Positions 29,901-42,204 of a DNA stretch of 64,000 nt are shown piece by piece. The notes beneath the pieces were generated by a model. The model did not search any database, was not told the DNA's origin, and saw nothing but the letters and a program-made list of their open reading frames with translations. How positions within the stretch are numbered: position 1 is the first letter of the stretch; the number at the start of each line of letters is the position of its first letter. Position numbers and translations under genes: made by a program. Source of the stretch: Rhizophagus irregularis (lineage: Eukaryota); contig NC_089432.1 of assembly GCF_026210795.1 (NCBI RefSeq), forward strand, positions 1,674,001-1,738,000. The letters run 5' to 3'.

Positions 29901-31947
29901 CAAAGTATTTAATTGTTCTTAGAATTAATGGTTAATTATAAAAGTAAACTCAATTATGGTTACAAAGCCGTATCTTGCTGAAACGCCGAAGTCCGAAATT
30001 ATTTCAATGAATTAATTTACTTAATAGCCGAAATTATATCCAAAATTATTTGAATTCTTTAACCTAAAATATACTAAATTGCATAGTTATTTTAAATTCT
30101 TTTATATAAAAAATATTTCAAATCCGAAATTCTTGCGAAATTACATTTTTTCAAAAATCAATTTAAAGGCCATCTATACATACTGTATGACAACATTTTC
30201 TTCGTGAATTTATTTTTTTATATTGTGATATAAGAAAAGGAAAACATGGACGAAATCGAGATTGAAATAGACGAACGCATAAAAGAAAGTGAATCTGTTG
30301 ATGATCTGGAAAGTGGGAACCATACAAATGAAGAAAAAATTAATCATATAGCAGTTAGCCCAGACGGTTCGATTGTAGCAACGTTTAATCCAGGTAAGTT
30401 ATAATATTATTTTATGTATCAATTTTTATATTAAAAGTATGAAGTTATATTCCTCTAAACTTATTTTTTTCAGATGGTACTTCCATATCAATTGCAAAAG
30501 TAGCAACAAATTACAAGGCAAATAAACAATTTAATATAAATAAATTCAAAAAACCAACTAATATTCTTGGATGGTCTTTAGCAGTTTCGGACATAATCGA
30601 TACTGAAAGTGAAACTTGTTTGGTTGCAATTTCTTGTGTAACTAATAATGACATAAATCTAAAAGAAATTGAGGAAGGCAGTCTTCGAGAATTATATAGA
30701 TCATTTCAAATTTTTATCAAAAAACAATTATCATTCTGGGATTCCCAACTCTTTTTAATCTTATTATTTATTTCATATATTGCTATCTCTACTTTTATCC
30801 CTACTTTTATTTTGAATTTTGACAGCACCTTTGATAAATCAAATCTTTTCTTTTACCTGTTTTTTGTTATCATTACCATTTGCACTCTTTTCTATTACGA
30901 ATATACTCACATTCGTAAAATTCTAGGAACCGATATTAAACAATTTCGATTATCCTGTACTTCTGGTGAAGGGATGATAAAACTTTTTATGTATTCATTT
31001 AACAATGATGATAATAACAATAACGATTATAACAACAATTCGATATGTCATATTGGTGGAGCACTTACCTTTTTAAAAAATTCTAAAAATTCATTAAAGA
31101 ATGTTGCAACTCTAATTTGCATGAATTGTGTAAAAATACAAAAGATTAATGTCAAATTGAACAAAAATATCTCTATATCAAAAGAAGGTACCTATTTATT
31201 ACCAGAAAATTTATTTAAAAAATTAGAAAGCATTGATGATTCAAGACGCAATTGGAAATATCTTTTAAAATCTAGGTTTCAGGAATATTTAGTGGTTAAT
31301 ACAAGCAATTACCAAAAAATAAATATTGAAATATATAATGTAAATAATTTACAATTAGTGAATGTTTTTTATAGGAATCGTGAAGAAAACCTTTTAATTA
31401 CAAATGATAACGAACCTAGAATTTTTGCGATATCAACTGATTCAAGATTATTTGCTTATTCTTATGGAGATAAAATTATTACACTTTATTTAATGGAAAA
31501 TGGTCTTGAAGTTGTTTCAAAAAAATTTGACAACATTTATAAAATTAAATTTTTAGAATTTATTGAAAAAGATAAAAAATTATTCATTATTGAAGAGAAT
31601 AAAGAACATGATGTGAAATTTCATATTTGGATTATATCAGGATGTTTAAATGATTATTTTTCTATTTCTAAAGATGATATTGGTTTATCGGATAGTAATA
31701 TCCCTACTCCGTCAAAATATGATGAGCATTTCTACTATACTCTGGCAAAAGCAAATGGAAAAGTTGTTTTTCATAATAAAGATAATGAGGATCAGTTTAA
31801 AGTTGTACATGAGATAATTACAAAAAGGACAACCTTTGGAGAAGACGACACTGTAGTTGATGAGCATGAATATAAATCATATGATCTAGAACCATGGAAT
31901 AATAGTACAAAGAATGTTCGAGGTACAGTGCGGTACCTCTATAATAG

Positions 31948-33871
31948 CCCTATGAAAAAAAATCATCCAATTTTTGTACAATATTTGTTCAAGTCCGTAT
32001 GGAAATTGTACAATTATTGCAGATTTTTGGATAAAAATAGCTATGAAGTTTTTCATAGCATATTAAAAGTATGCAATTTTTGTACAACTTAAATTTAGGA
32101 TATAGAAAATGTTCAATTTTTGTGTGATCTTTATACAACTTAAATTTAGAATACAGAAAACATTCAATTTTTGTACAATAAAAATTGTGATTATTGTACA
32201 ACCCCTATGAAAAAAAATCATCCAATTTTTGTACAATATTTGTTCAAGTCCGTGTGGAAATTGTACAATTATTGCAGATTTTTGGATAAAAATAGCTGTG
32301 AAGTTTTTCAAAGCATATTAAAAGTATGCAATTTTTGTACAACTTAAATTTAGGATATAGAAAATGTTCAATTTTTGTGTGATTTTTATACAACTTAAAT
32401 TTAGGATACAGAAAACATTCAATTTTTGTACAATAAAAATTGTGATTATTGTACAACTTGAAAATAGACTTAAATTTAGGATACAGAAAGCAATTTTTAG
32501 GTAATCCTACTATACTACTTTCCATCTTACCTGTATGGTTACATTTGACCACTTTTAGGGTCGAATTAAGGTTGCTTGTCTAAACCTCTTCAAAATCCTA
32601 CGATTAGTTTCGTCAAAATTTTACTATAGATTTATTATAGTTTCGGCAGAGTTTCGGCAGTTTCGGCATTTATAATAAGTTTCGGCAGTTTCGTCTTTCT
32701 CCAAAGTTTTGCCAGTTTTTTAATATAACTTTAATATAGTTTCGGCAGAATTTCGCTTTTCGGCGAAACGCCATCTTGCCTAAACCCCTAGGTTTCGGCA
32801 AGCAACCTTAGGTCGAATAGACCACTTTTAACCATTACAAATAGATTTTCCTAAGTAAAGTGATTTATGCAGTAAGGTTACACAAAATTCAACTGCATAT
32901 TTGCTTATAAACGGGCATCTTCCGGACCCATTGGTGAAATTTTTGTATCATCTTGTAACTAAAAAAAAGTCAAAAACTTTTTATTAGGTTACACAATTAG
33001 TTCTGACCGGAATTATAATTTGGCCAGAATTATGCGGTAAAAATCAACTCTTAAAATTATATATGTTGATCACGTGATCTGATCGTCAAAATAAATATGA
33101 TGACGCGAAATGTTTTTGTTTATGTTTTTTTAACCTTTTAACTTTTCTTCAACTTTCTTTTAAAATATTAAGTAAGAAAAACTTGTGTTCTTTATTTTTT
33201 TATTTTCCTAACTTTTTACATTTTAATGTTATTAACTTGCTTTCTTCACTAACTTCATACTTTTTTTTATTACTAATACTAATAATTTACTTTTTAACAC
33301 TACTAATTTGCTTTCTTCACTAACTTCATACTTTTTTATTACTAACACTATTAATTTACTTTTTAACACTACTAATTTGCTTTCTTCACTAACTTCATAC
33401 TTTTTTATTTAATACTAATAATTTACTTATACTAATAATTTACTTTCTTCTTTGATACTACTAATTTACTTTCATGTTACTAACATACTTTATTTTATTT
33501 TATTTTCTTACAAATTTTTATATTTATGATTATATCAAATTCAGTATTTTATTTATGAAATATTGTGTATATTTTTTATATTTTAAGTCAATAAAAAAAA
33601 TTCATAATTTCACTTTATAAATTGCCTGTTATTACTGTAAAATTTAACCTATAATTCCTAAAATATGGCCTAAAATTTGGCTCAAAAATCACACAATAAT
33701 TGTATAAATTCAGGTCAAAAATAGGATAATTATTGAATGAATTACCATGCAATAATTGTGTGATTTATTGCAATTTTTAGCACAATTATTGTATGGTCAA
33801 ATATACAGAAATCGTAGTGAATTTAATTGAATGATTTTTCAACAAAAATCACACAGACTTTTTTCATAGGG
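31948..33871. mobile_element. Non-autonomous TIR element with CCC...GGG termini (CMC/EnSpm-like, superfamily uncertain)
   Basis: CCCTATGAAAAAA ... TTTTTTCATAGGG; the first 255 bp are tandemly duplicated (second copy starts 32203); TTGTACAA/ACAATWATTG subterminal repeats. Confidence 0.75.
32567..32810. mobile_element. hAT-like MITE nested in the CCC element
   Basis: TIR TAAGGTTGCTTG / CAAGCAACCTTA; 8-bp TSD GGTCGAAT; internal GTTTCGGCA repeats. Confidence 0.9.
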
Positions 33872-36226
33872 TATAATGATTTGGAGTTATGTGATGACTT
33901 GGAATTAGAAGACACGTATCTAAAATCGGCCAATGATTTGACATTAGCTTTAAAATTTTGTCAAGGTAACATTTTTAATTTCTTTGTTATTTACTATATA
34001 TTTTGACAACCAATTTCATTATTAGATCGAGATGCTGTTATGTTAGCATATTTATTAGAATATTACTCTGAAAATTCTATGACTCATATTGGCTGGATGA
34101 TTAATGTTACAAAAATACTTCCAGAGTTATCAGAATTATCTAATCATGATTATTATGGTATAATAATGTATTTGTTATTCAATTAATATTATTATATGTA
34201 TATATATTTCATTAAAAAAGATATTATTTTTTATTCATATAGGTAATTATATGGATTTAATACTCTATAAACCTTGTTTTGGAGAAATGAAGTACAATTT
34301 TCCAATTAAAAAATTCCGAGCGTTATCAGTTTGTCAAGATACATTAGAAGTATATGTACCTCTTACTAATCTTTTATCAACAAATTCTTCGGATCTTTTT
34401 TTATATAATAAAATGAGGTATACATCATATAATCTAATTAATTTTAGATCTTTTACTGATGATATTTCTTAATACAGGGAGGATATATTGCCCAATACTT
34501 ATATGGTTCCACTTCCAAATTTTACAACACATGATGCAAAAATTGAAGGAAAATCCAAAAAAGGAATTATACCTTTTTTGAAAAAAACATTTTTTCCACC
34601 TGGCTATAAGAACTTTGGAGACGAAAAATTTAGCCCATTTCTTCAAATTAAAAAAAACGAAGAAGTATTTTTTAGCATTCCAGCAATAGAAGCAGCTATA
34701 AATTCAAGATGGCATCAAGCAATGGCATATTGGATAAGACCATTATGTTTATATGCTATATTTTTAATTCTGTTTGCTATTATTCTTCAGTTTTACAAAG
34801 TACAAGATGTAACTGAATTTACGCAAGTCGGAAGCGGAATATTTTATTATATTGGATTATATCTATTAGTAAATGAATTTATGCAAATAAGGAAGTATAA
34901 GGTCAAATACATTACAATATTTAATTTATTTGATCTAAGCAGTATTATTTTGGGTATGATTGCCGTTTCTTTGGATTTTGTTTTTTTCGTACCCATTATT
35001 TATACAGTAGTTACATTGATACTTTGGATTGAAATGGTATGGTTTATGACTTTTGGATACTAATTTTTAATAATTTTACATTAATTTATCTTTACTTTCT
35101 AAAGCTCTTATGGCTTCGATTATTTTCAGTAATAGCCATAAATATTTTTATTTTTGGAAATCTTTTGAAAAAGATCACACCATTTTTTACATTTATGTTT
35201 ATTTTAATAATTGGATTTGCGAATTCAATGTAATAGTATTCTTGTTTTTATTGTTATATTAAGCATGATATTAAAGAAAATTAACTTTATTTTATATTTA
35301 TATGCAGAATTTTTCTTCTTGTAACCCCATCAAATTTAACTTATACATTAGAAGATAAAAATGCAGAATATAGTTTCACAGGTCCAATTCAAGATAATCC
35401 TGTTGATACAATATGGAATGCTATACTTTCCATGTACTATTTGAGTACAATTAATTTGAATAGTTATAGCGATGATTCGCTATTTAAGCTATTTATTTTT
35501 GTTGCTAATGTTGTTATAGTTCTTGTTCTATTTAATATGATTATTGCATTGATGAAGTAAGTAATATATTTACTAAATAGTATTTGTTTAAATGCTTATC
35601 TGACCTTTAAATTTATGTTTAGTGACACATTTAAAAAAGCCAAAAATGATGGTAATATTGGACTTTTGATGTACAGAAAAGAACTTATTGATGATTTTGA
35701 AAGACTTGATATTCCCTTTAATAAACTTCAACTACATGATTCACCATATATTTGTTATCTTCAGGATCCTAACTTGATGAAAAAATGGATGAAAAAATCT
35801 CAAGAGCTTAGAAAAACAAAATTGTATTCATGGTTTAAAGAGAGTGTTGATAAAGAAAATATAACTTATGATGGAGTTGACATTACACCTTGGTATAAAC
35901 TTATTTTAAGTAATGAGAATCAAGATTCTATATCAACTCCTGATCATATGACACTTTGGTTCTAGTTCTTTTACTTTTATTTTTATACTTAGATTATATT
36001 GTATTTATTTTGATGTACTTTTTATTTTATTATTATTTATTCATTAAAGAATTAATTAACATGATATTATTTGATTAAATTTTAAAATAAATCTTTATTT
36101 TGTTCAATCTCTATATATACGAAAGTATGAAATTAAGTATATTTTAAATATATTTTAAAGTATACTTTTAGTGTATAAAAATATACTTTACTGAAACCCA
36201 TGAAATCGCGACTATGTAGTAGCCAT

Positions 36227-36855
36227 TGTAATGCCGTAGTATATCTAGTAAATTTATTAATTGTGAGGCGCAGTATTACATTTAGTCTTAGTGTATAAAA
36301 TTTTAACTTATTTTTATTTTTATTTTAATTGGACCGAAAAGTCGTTAAACTATTAATCATGAGAATCAAGGATAATTGGTCTGTGATGACCTTAAACTAT
36401 TAGTCACGAGATTTAAGGATAAATGAAGATCCGAAAGATACTAAATTGGATGAAATCAAGTGATCTGAGGTGTCAAGTGATTAATTTGTTGATCACTACG
36501 TTAATATTATAAATCATAATTCAGGAGTTCATGATGATCAAATGGATACAAAATTAAGATAATGGAAATACTTTAAGATAATGGAAATACTTTAAAATAA
36601 TGGAAATACTTTAATAATTTAAATCCATGAATCGAAATTATGAATTTAGTTACACAAAAACAAACATAAAAGGGCGTGAAGATCAACTATTGAAAAAATA
36701 GAGAAATTGGACGAATTTTGTTATGAATTATTTATTTTGTTATTTAATGTTATTAAACCAAGCATATTATTGTATTTATTTATATTATGAATAAAGAGTC
36801 ATTTTGTTAATACCTGAGGTGGCAAACATAATTCTCTATGGGCTCAGGTGTTACA
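36227..36855 (+). repeat. 5' LTR
   Basis: TGTAATGCC...GGTGTTACA; matches the 3' LTR except T36382 versus C46759 by eye. Confidence 0.98.
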
Positions 36856-36857
36856 AG

Positions 36858-36874
36858 TGGTGCATGCTCCGAGA
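36858..36874 (+). promoter_or_regulatory. Primer binding site, probably tRNA-Gly
   Basis: TGGTGCATGCTCCGAGA lies 2 nt after the LTR; it is the complement of a tRNA 3' end ...TCTCGGAGCATGCA-CCA. Confidence 0.85.
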
Positions 36875-37448
36875 AAGGAAAAGTGATCATCCTCACATGA
36901 TCACTACAGGTTATAAGTACAGGATCTCTGAGAAAAGAAAATGATCACCCCCACGTAATCATTAGAAGTTACAAATAAAGGATCGACGAAGTTAAGGAAT
37001 TATAAAATTAAAAGTTCTAAGTCTTGGTTAAAAAAGAATTTAAGGTGTATTAACGTTAAATTTTAATAAAATAAAGTTAAATATTTTTAAGGATACGTGA
37101 AAATAATGGTTACCAAGGTAAAAGGTATTAATTTGGGTGAGTATGACCATAAATGTATAAAGAGATAATGTTAAAAATTAAATTTTTGATCTAACTTGAC
37201 CACCGGCTGATAAGTCAATGAAAAATTATTATTGCAATAATTTTCATACATATGAACCAAATATGTATGGTAGTAATTGATTATCAAGGGAAATGCGAGG
37301 CTAATCAAGTTAGAAGGGGTTTTAATAGAATATTGTAAATAAGTTCCATGAATTAAGGATTAAAAATAATTTTTATAAATAATTGAGGTTAAGTTAAGGA
37401 TAAAAAGTGTACCCAAAAACCGACACTATAAATACGATGGTAGGGTAA

Positions 37449-37657
37449 TTCTGTGTGAACTCAATTGAGGTTTTCTGTGTGATCAATTGAGAATAGTTCT
37501 GTGTGAGCTTTTTCTGTGTGAACTCAATTGAGGTTTTCTGTGTGATCAATTGAGAATAGTTCTGTGTGAGCTTTTTCTGTGTGAACTCAATTGAGGTATT
37601 CTGTGTGATCAATTGAGAATAGTTCTGTGTGAACTTTCAAAAACAATTCTGTGTGAG
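37449..37657 (+). repeat. 63-bp x3 tandem repeat with ~10 TTCTGTGTGA motifs in the element's 5' leader
   Basis: Directly visible periodicity. Confidence 0.9.
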
Positions 37658-37771
37658 GGTACCCAAGAAGAATCATGATTAACGTTAACGAAAATAAAAA
37701 TAATATTTGCTGGACAAATATATTCAAGGAAAGTTATAAAAAGGTGAGGAATTCGATCTCTCACCCATAAA

Positions 37772-38455
37772 ATGGAATACAAAATCAATTTAACAAAAGA
37801 GGATTCAGAAAAATATTTGTGTAAAGGAAAAGGAATTAAATTAAAAATTTATAATGAAGACAATAAGGCCATCAGTCTAAAGACCATCTATGATGTTAGA
37901 CCACCCAAGAAAAAGAAAAAGAGATGTTTGACCTGTGATAATAGAGAACATGTGAAAAGGACCAAAAGTGAGAATAAAGTGGAAAGATTTATAAATGAAT
38001 TGTTGACACCGGTAAATGTGGAAGACCTATTGATACCAGAAATACAAAATGTAGAAATTCATGATGTTGAAAAATTAGTAGAAAGATACATCAGTCTTGG
38101 AAATACAAATGGTAAAAACATCTTAATATGGTACAATATTGGACAAATTTTTGAACGAGAAATTAAAGCAAGAATAAATCAAACAAAGCCAGACCAGACA
38201 GCTAGAGAAGAATTATATGATGAAATGATGGAATTTATAGTTAATGAAAGTACTGATGAAAAACAAAAGAAGAAGGAAGCATTAAGGAAAAGGATGCAAG
38301 GAGCTATAAAAATATATAAACTTTTTACTGAAATTGGTCAAGATAAGATATATAGAGTAAAGGAAACATTTGTAACGACTATTATAAAATTGACAAATCC
38401 GGAAATACAACAAATAATCGGACAAATCAAATATGGATTCACACTTCAACCTTAG
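37772..38455 (+). CDS. Retrotransposon accessory ORF1 (227 aa), function unknown
   Basis: Intact ORF with AAAATGG start, basic PPKKKKKR (NLS-like) segment, CxxC and a helical C-terminus RKRMQGAIKIYKLFTEIGQDKIYRVK. Confidence 0.8.
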   Translation: MEYKINLTKEDSEKYLCKGKGIKLKIYNEDNKAISLKTIYDVRPPKKKKKRCLTCDNREHVKRTKSENKVERFINELLTPVNVEDLLIPEIQNVEIHDVEKLVERYISLGNTNGKNILIWYNIGQIFEREIKARINQTKPDQTAREELYDEMMEFIVNESTDEKQKKKEALRKRMQGAIKIYKLFTEIGQDKIYRVKETFVTTIIKLTNPEIQQIIGQIKYGFTLQP

Positions 38456-38619
38456 GTTGGAAAATTTTATGGAATATAAATTTATTTGTACAAACCTGTA
38501 AACTACCATACTCAGTAATGAACAAATGAGGTAAAGGCAAGCCCAGTATAGGTCAAATAAAATATAAAAGAAGGATAAAAAGTAAAAGACGTGAAAATTT
38601 TTAGAGAATTTTATTAAAA

Positions 38620-41600
38620 ATGGAATGGTACCATGTTTGGAACGCTGGATATATAAACCATAAACAGGAACATGACCTAGGAGTGATAGAACCAGAGGAA
38701 TGTTTAGCATGTGAAATATGTAACCCAATAGAAAGAGAAGTATCAGCGGCATTCAAGAAATTTTGGGATGTTTTATTTAAATTCGAGGATACAATACTAA
38801 TGTACAATAATGTAACACATAAAGAATTATTGAATTTATTAAGTATGGACAATAGAGAAAGGGAGGATACAATACATAAAGGAAAATGTAGGAATATAGT
38901 AGATAGAATAATTGAATCAATAAGGTACAGACAACAACCAAAAATGAAAGAAAAAGGTTTAAGGATAATAATTGTAGTAATTGTAAGGGATTGTATTGAA
39001 GGAAATTTGGAAAATGAAGTATTTGACCGGTTAATTGGATGTCCAGAAATAATGGAACATGGATATATTTTGGAAGATTGGGATATTGAAAACAGATTTC
39101 AAAAATTTTGGGAATGGTACGGTTCAATATTAGAATTTGGGGTGGAAGTAATCCATGCGACACCAGAAACAATAGTAATATTCAGGGAATTATTATACAT
39201 GGAAGAAATCATAACTGAAAATATAGGAAAAGTAATTGATTTAACGAATACAATTGTTTACAGGAACCCATTAAGAGAGGGAGAATCAAAACAACAAGAA
39301 TGGGAAAGATTGATACAGAAAGTGTTACAAAGATTTATTGACACCAAACAATTTACAAGGGAACCTGAGGACCCAGAAAGTGATAGTCCTGAAAGTTATG
39401 AATTAGAGGACAGTGATGGTAGTATACATTATGAAATAAAAATAGAGGATGATGTCAAATGGACAGTGGAATCATTAAAAAGAAAAATTGAAGAAATGGG
39501 TGGAAGGTTCACCGACAAAGATATACAAAGAATGTGGGACCTAAGGATAAGGATAGAATTGATATTAACAGAGGACTTTTTAGGTACATTTTTCGAATTA
39601 ATGGGACTAAGTGATGAAAAATTAAAAGATGAAATAAATGAATGGTTAACAAAAGAAACATTAATATGTGGAAATTGTAGGAATAGAAAGTTACCTGATA
39701 TGATAGCAGACATTGGACAATGTAAAAATTGTGAACAAGAAGTATTATTAGAATTAAAGGACGACTTAGAAAAACTAGGGTACGAATTAAATGTGTCAGA
39801 AATAGGGAGAATAAGAGAATTCAGGATAAGCAATAGTATAATATTAACAACGGAATTTATGGAAAAATATCTCCAGGAAATTGATACGAATGACAAAGAA
39901 TTAAGGATAAAATTATATGAATGGATAAATGAAAATACCACATTTTGTGATGAATGTGGAATAAGATGGATGAACAATAAATTTGACGAAGGAAAAACCA
40001 AGTGTAGGGATTGTGAAAATGACGAAAATGAAATTGATATCAGGGTTAAAAGATTAAAACAAATATGTGATGATAATAAAATAGGAATAACTAATGGAGA
40101 GTTATTGAGGTTAATCAGTATGGGATATACTGATGGAGAAATACTGGATCAAGAATTTATTGAAATATTCCAAGGAAATAAAAATGAAATGGAGAAAAAT
40201 TTAAGGCGAATATTAGATAAATTTCTAAAACAGCAAGCTGGAATTGAGGATAGTGAAAGTAGTGGAAATGAATCTGATAATGAAAAATCTGATGGATCTG
40301 AAAAAGAATCAGATGGATCTGGAAAAGACGGAGAAATTTTAAATCCAAATGATACCGATAACAATGAAAATTTTGAAGAACCTTATGAAGAAAACATTAT
40401 AAATAGACCTGGTTTTGACTCAAGTGAAAGTTCAGAATCAAACCCTGAGGATAAAAGTGAAATATCTGATTATAATATAGAAAATTTATTTGAAACACCT
40501 TTAACACCACCGATACCACCAATTCTACCAATAGTACCAATAATTATAGGAGCAACAAGAGCTGAAGTAAGGGAAGATTTTAGAGCGGCTTTACTAGCAG
40601 CAACAGGACATGATATAGGAGGTAATTGGGCTGGATTAGTCGCAGCCAATCCATTAGCAAATGCAATTGAGGATGCAGGAAATGTAGCTGGAGGAATAAT
40701 TAGTATGCCACAATTTTATGGAAGGGAAGAAGAAGACATAAACGATTGGGTAAGACAATTTGAAACAGCATTTACTGCTATAGGAAAAGCAGCAGGAGTA
40801 AATGGAGCTAGACAAGCAGCAATGGCAGCTACCTGTTTGAAAGGTGCAGCAGCACAATGGTATAATGAAAAGAAGGAAGCAAACAATGGTCATTTGGTAA
40901 ATTGGCAAGATAACGATAATGATAATGATTTAAAACATAGGATTAAACAACGATTTACCAGGGAAGATGTTAGAAAAAGGAAAATGTTAGAATTAAGGAA
41001 AATAACACAAGGAGTAAATGAAAATGTTGAGGCATATACGATAAGGTTTAGACAAATATTAAGGATAGCTACCAGAGGCCATGCATTAGATGATGAATTA
41101 CAAGTGGATAATTATATCGAAGGATTAACACCAACATTGGGATATCAAGTCAGAAGACAAAACCCAGCAAATTTAAATGATGCAGTAAATACAGCAAGGA
41201 GAGAAGAGGAAGCTACTAATGAATTAATGAGAAAAACACTTAATATACCAATTAATACCCAAAGAAAAGGAATCGATATACAAGACGACAAGCCAAAGAA
41301 TATATTTGAAAAACCATTGGAGAAAAATTATGAGGATGACCTTGCCGACATGTTTAAAAAATTAGAGGTAAAACTAGTAAATCAACTTGGAGGGCAAAAG
41401 AGACCACCAAACAATAACAATAGACAAGGACCACCACCTCGAGCATGTTATAATTGTAAACAACCAGGACATTATGCAAATGAATGTAGGGTAAATAATG
41501 GTCAAAGAAACTATGGAAGACCAAATAATCAAAATTATAATAGAAGATCAAATAACTATAATGGAAGACCAAATAACTATAACAGACCACCAAACCACCA

Positions 41601-42204
41601 AAACAATAATCGAGGATTCAATGTAGTGGAATATGATAATTATAATGACCAATATGACCAATATGATTATGATAGTCAGGATTATCAGGATAATTATGAC
41701 CAAGGATATAGTTATGATGACCCGTATTACCAAGATAATGATGTAACATTTAACCATGTTGATCAAGATTTTTATATTGGTGAAAGACAAACGAGAAGTA
41801 ACATAAAGAATAGGTCAAGTAATCGAGATATAGATATGGAAATTGACCAAGAACAAACACGAAGAAGGAATAATAAATATGCAAGCCAAGAGGAAAGGGC
41901 AGCAGCATTACCAAAAAGAGGATTCACTGATGAAAGTCTGAGGAAAGCACAAGAAGCAAGGAGAAATAATAATACATGTAGAAATTGTGGACAAAGAGGT
42001 CACTATGCAAAACAATGTAAAAATGAACGTGTTGAAGGTATCCATAGGACAAGCGCATTTCAGAGGAACATACCAGAATATAACATAATAGAGGATCTGA
42101 AAAATACCAGAGCAAATGCAACCTTTTCACAAATTATAAACATGAGTCCAGAGCAAAGGAAAATATATTATGAAGGAATGAGAAGGTATCCACAAACAGA
42201 TTGA
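38620..42204 (+). CDS. gag: Gag polyprotein with a long N-terminal extension (1194 aa)
   Basis: Ty3-type capsid from ~40705 (PQFYGREEEDINDWV...LKGAAAQWY...QGVNENVEAYTIRF...YIEGL); two CCHC knuckles CYNCKQPGHYANEC and CRNCGQRGHYAKQC. Confidence 0.93.
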   Translation: MEWYHVWNAGYINHKQEHDLGVIEPEECLACEICNPIEREVSAAFKKFWDVLFKFEDTILMYNNVTHKELLNLLSMDNREREDTIHKGKCRNIVDRIIESIRYRQQPKMKEKGLRIIIVVIVRDCIEGNLENEVFDRLIGCPEIMEHGYILEDWDIENRFQKFWEWYGSILEFGVEVIHATPETIVIFRELLYMEEIITENIGKVIDLTNTIVYRNPLREGESKQQEWERLIQKVLQRFIDTKQFTREPEDPESDSPESYELEDSDGSIHYEIKIEDDVKWTVESLKRKIEEMGGRFTDKDIQRMWDLRIRIELILTEDFLGTFFELMGLSDEKLKDEINEWLTKETLICGNCRNRKLPDMIADIGQCKNCEQEVLLELKDDLEKLGYELNVSEIGRIREFRISNSIILTTEFMEKYLQEIDTNDKELRIKLYEWINENTTFCDECGIRWMNNKFDEGKTKCRDCENDENEIDIRVKRLKQICDDNKIGITNGELLRLISMGYTDGEILDQEFIEIFQGNKNEMEKNLRRILDKFLKQQAGIEDSESSGNESDNEKSDGSEKESDGSGKDGEILNPNDTDNNENFEEPYEENIINRPGFDSSESSESNPEDKSEISDYNIENLFETPLTPPIPPILPIVPIIIGATRAEVREDFRAALLAATGHDIGGNWAGLVAANPLANAIEDAGNVAGGIISMPQFYGREEEDINDWVRQFETAFTAIGKAAGVNGARQAAMAATCLKGAAAQWYNEKKEANNGHLVNWQDNDNDNDLKHRIKQRFTREDVRKRKMLELRKITQGVNENVEAYTIRFRQILRIATRGHALDDELQVDNYIEGLTPTLGYQVRRQNPANLNDAVNTARREEEATNELMRKTLNIPINTQRKGIDIQDDKPKNIFEKPLEKNYEDDLADMFKKLEVKLVNQLGGQKRPPNNNNRQGPPPRACYNCKQPGHYANECRVNNGQRNYGRPNNQNYNRRSNNYNGRPNNYNRPPNHQNNNRGFNVVEYDNYNDQYDQYDYDSQDYQDNYDQGYSYDDPYYQDNDVTFNHVDQDFYIGERQTRSNIKNRSSNRDIDMEIDQEQTRRRNNKYASQEERAAALPKRGFTDESLRKAQEARRNNNTCRNCGQRGHYAKQCKNERVEGIHRTSAFQRNIPEYNIIEDLKNTRANATFSQIINMSPEQRKIYYEGMRRYPQTD

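Larger units (their letters stand above)
30246..35965 (+). pseudogene. TRP-like cation channel paralogue 2, interrupted by a transposon with an adjacent deletion
   Basis: Starts MDEIEIEIDE, ends DHMTLWF. Homology to paralogue 1 stops at ~31923 and resumes at 33872, skipping the part equivalent to ~20461-20923. Confidence 0.85.

Noticed and set aside
31989..32552. Three similar minus-strand ORFs
   Set aside because: Produced by the duplicated subterminal repeats of the CCC..GGG element.
37394..37612. 72-aa repetitive minus-strand ORF
   Set aside because: Translation of the 63-bp tandem repeat; no independent coding evidence.
37772..38455. env gene
   Set aside because: No signal peptide or transmembrane segment in ORF1 or the 79-aa ORF, and neither is positioned after IN.
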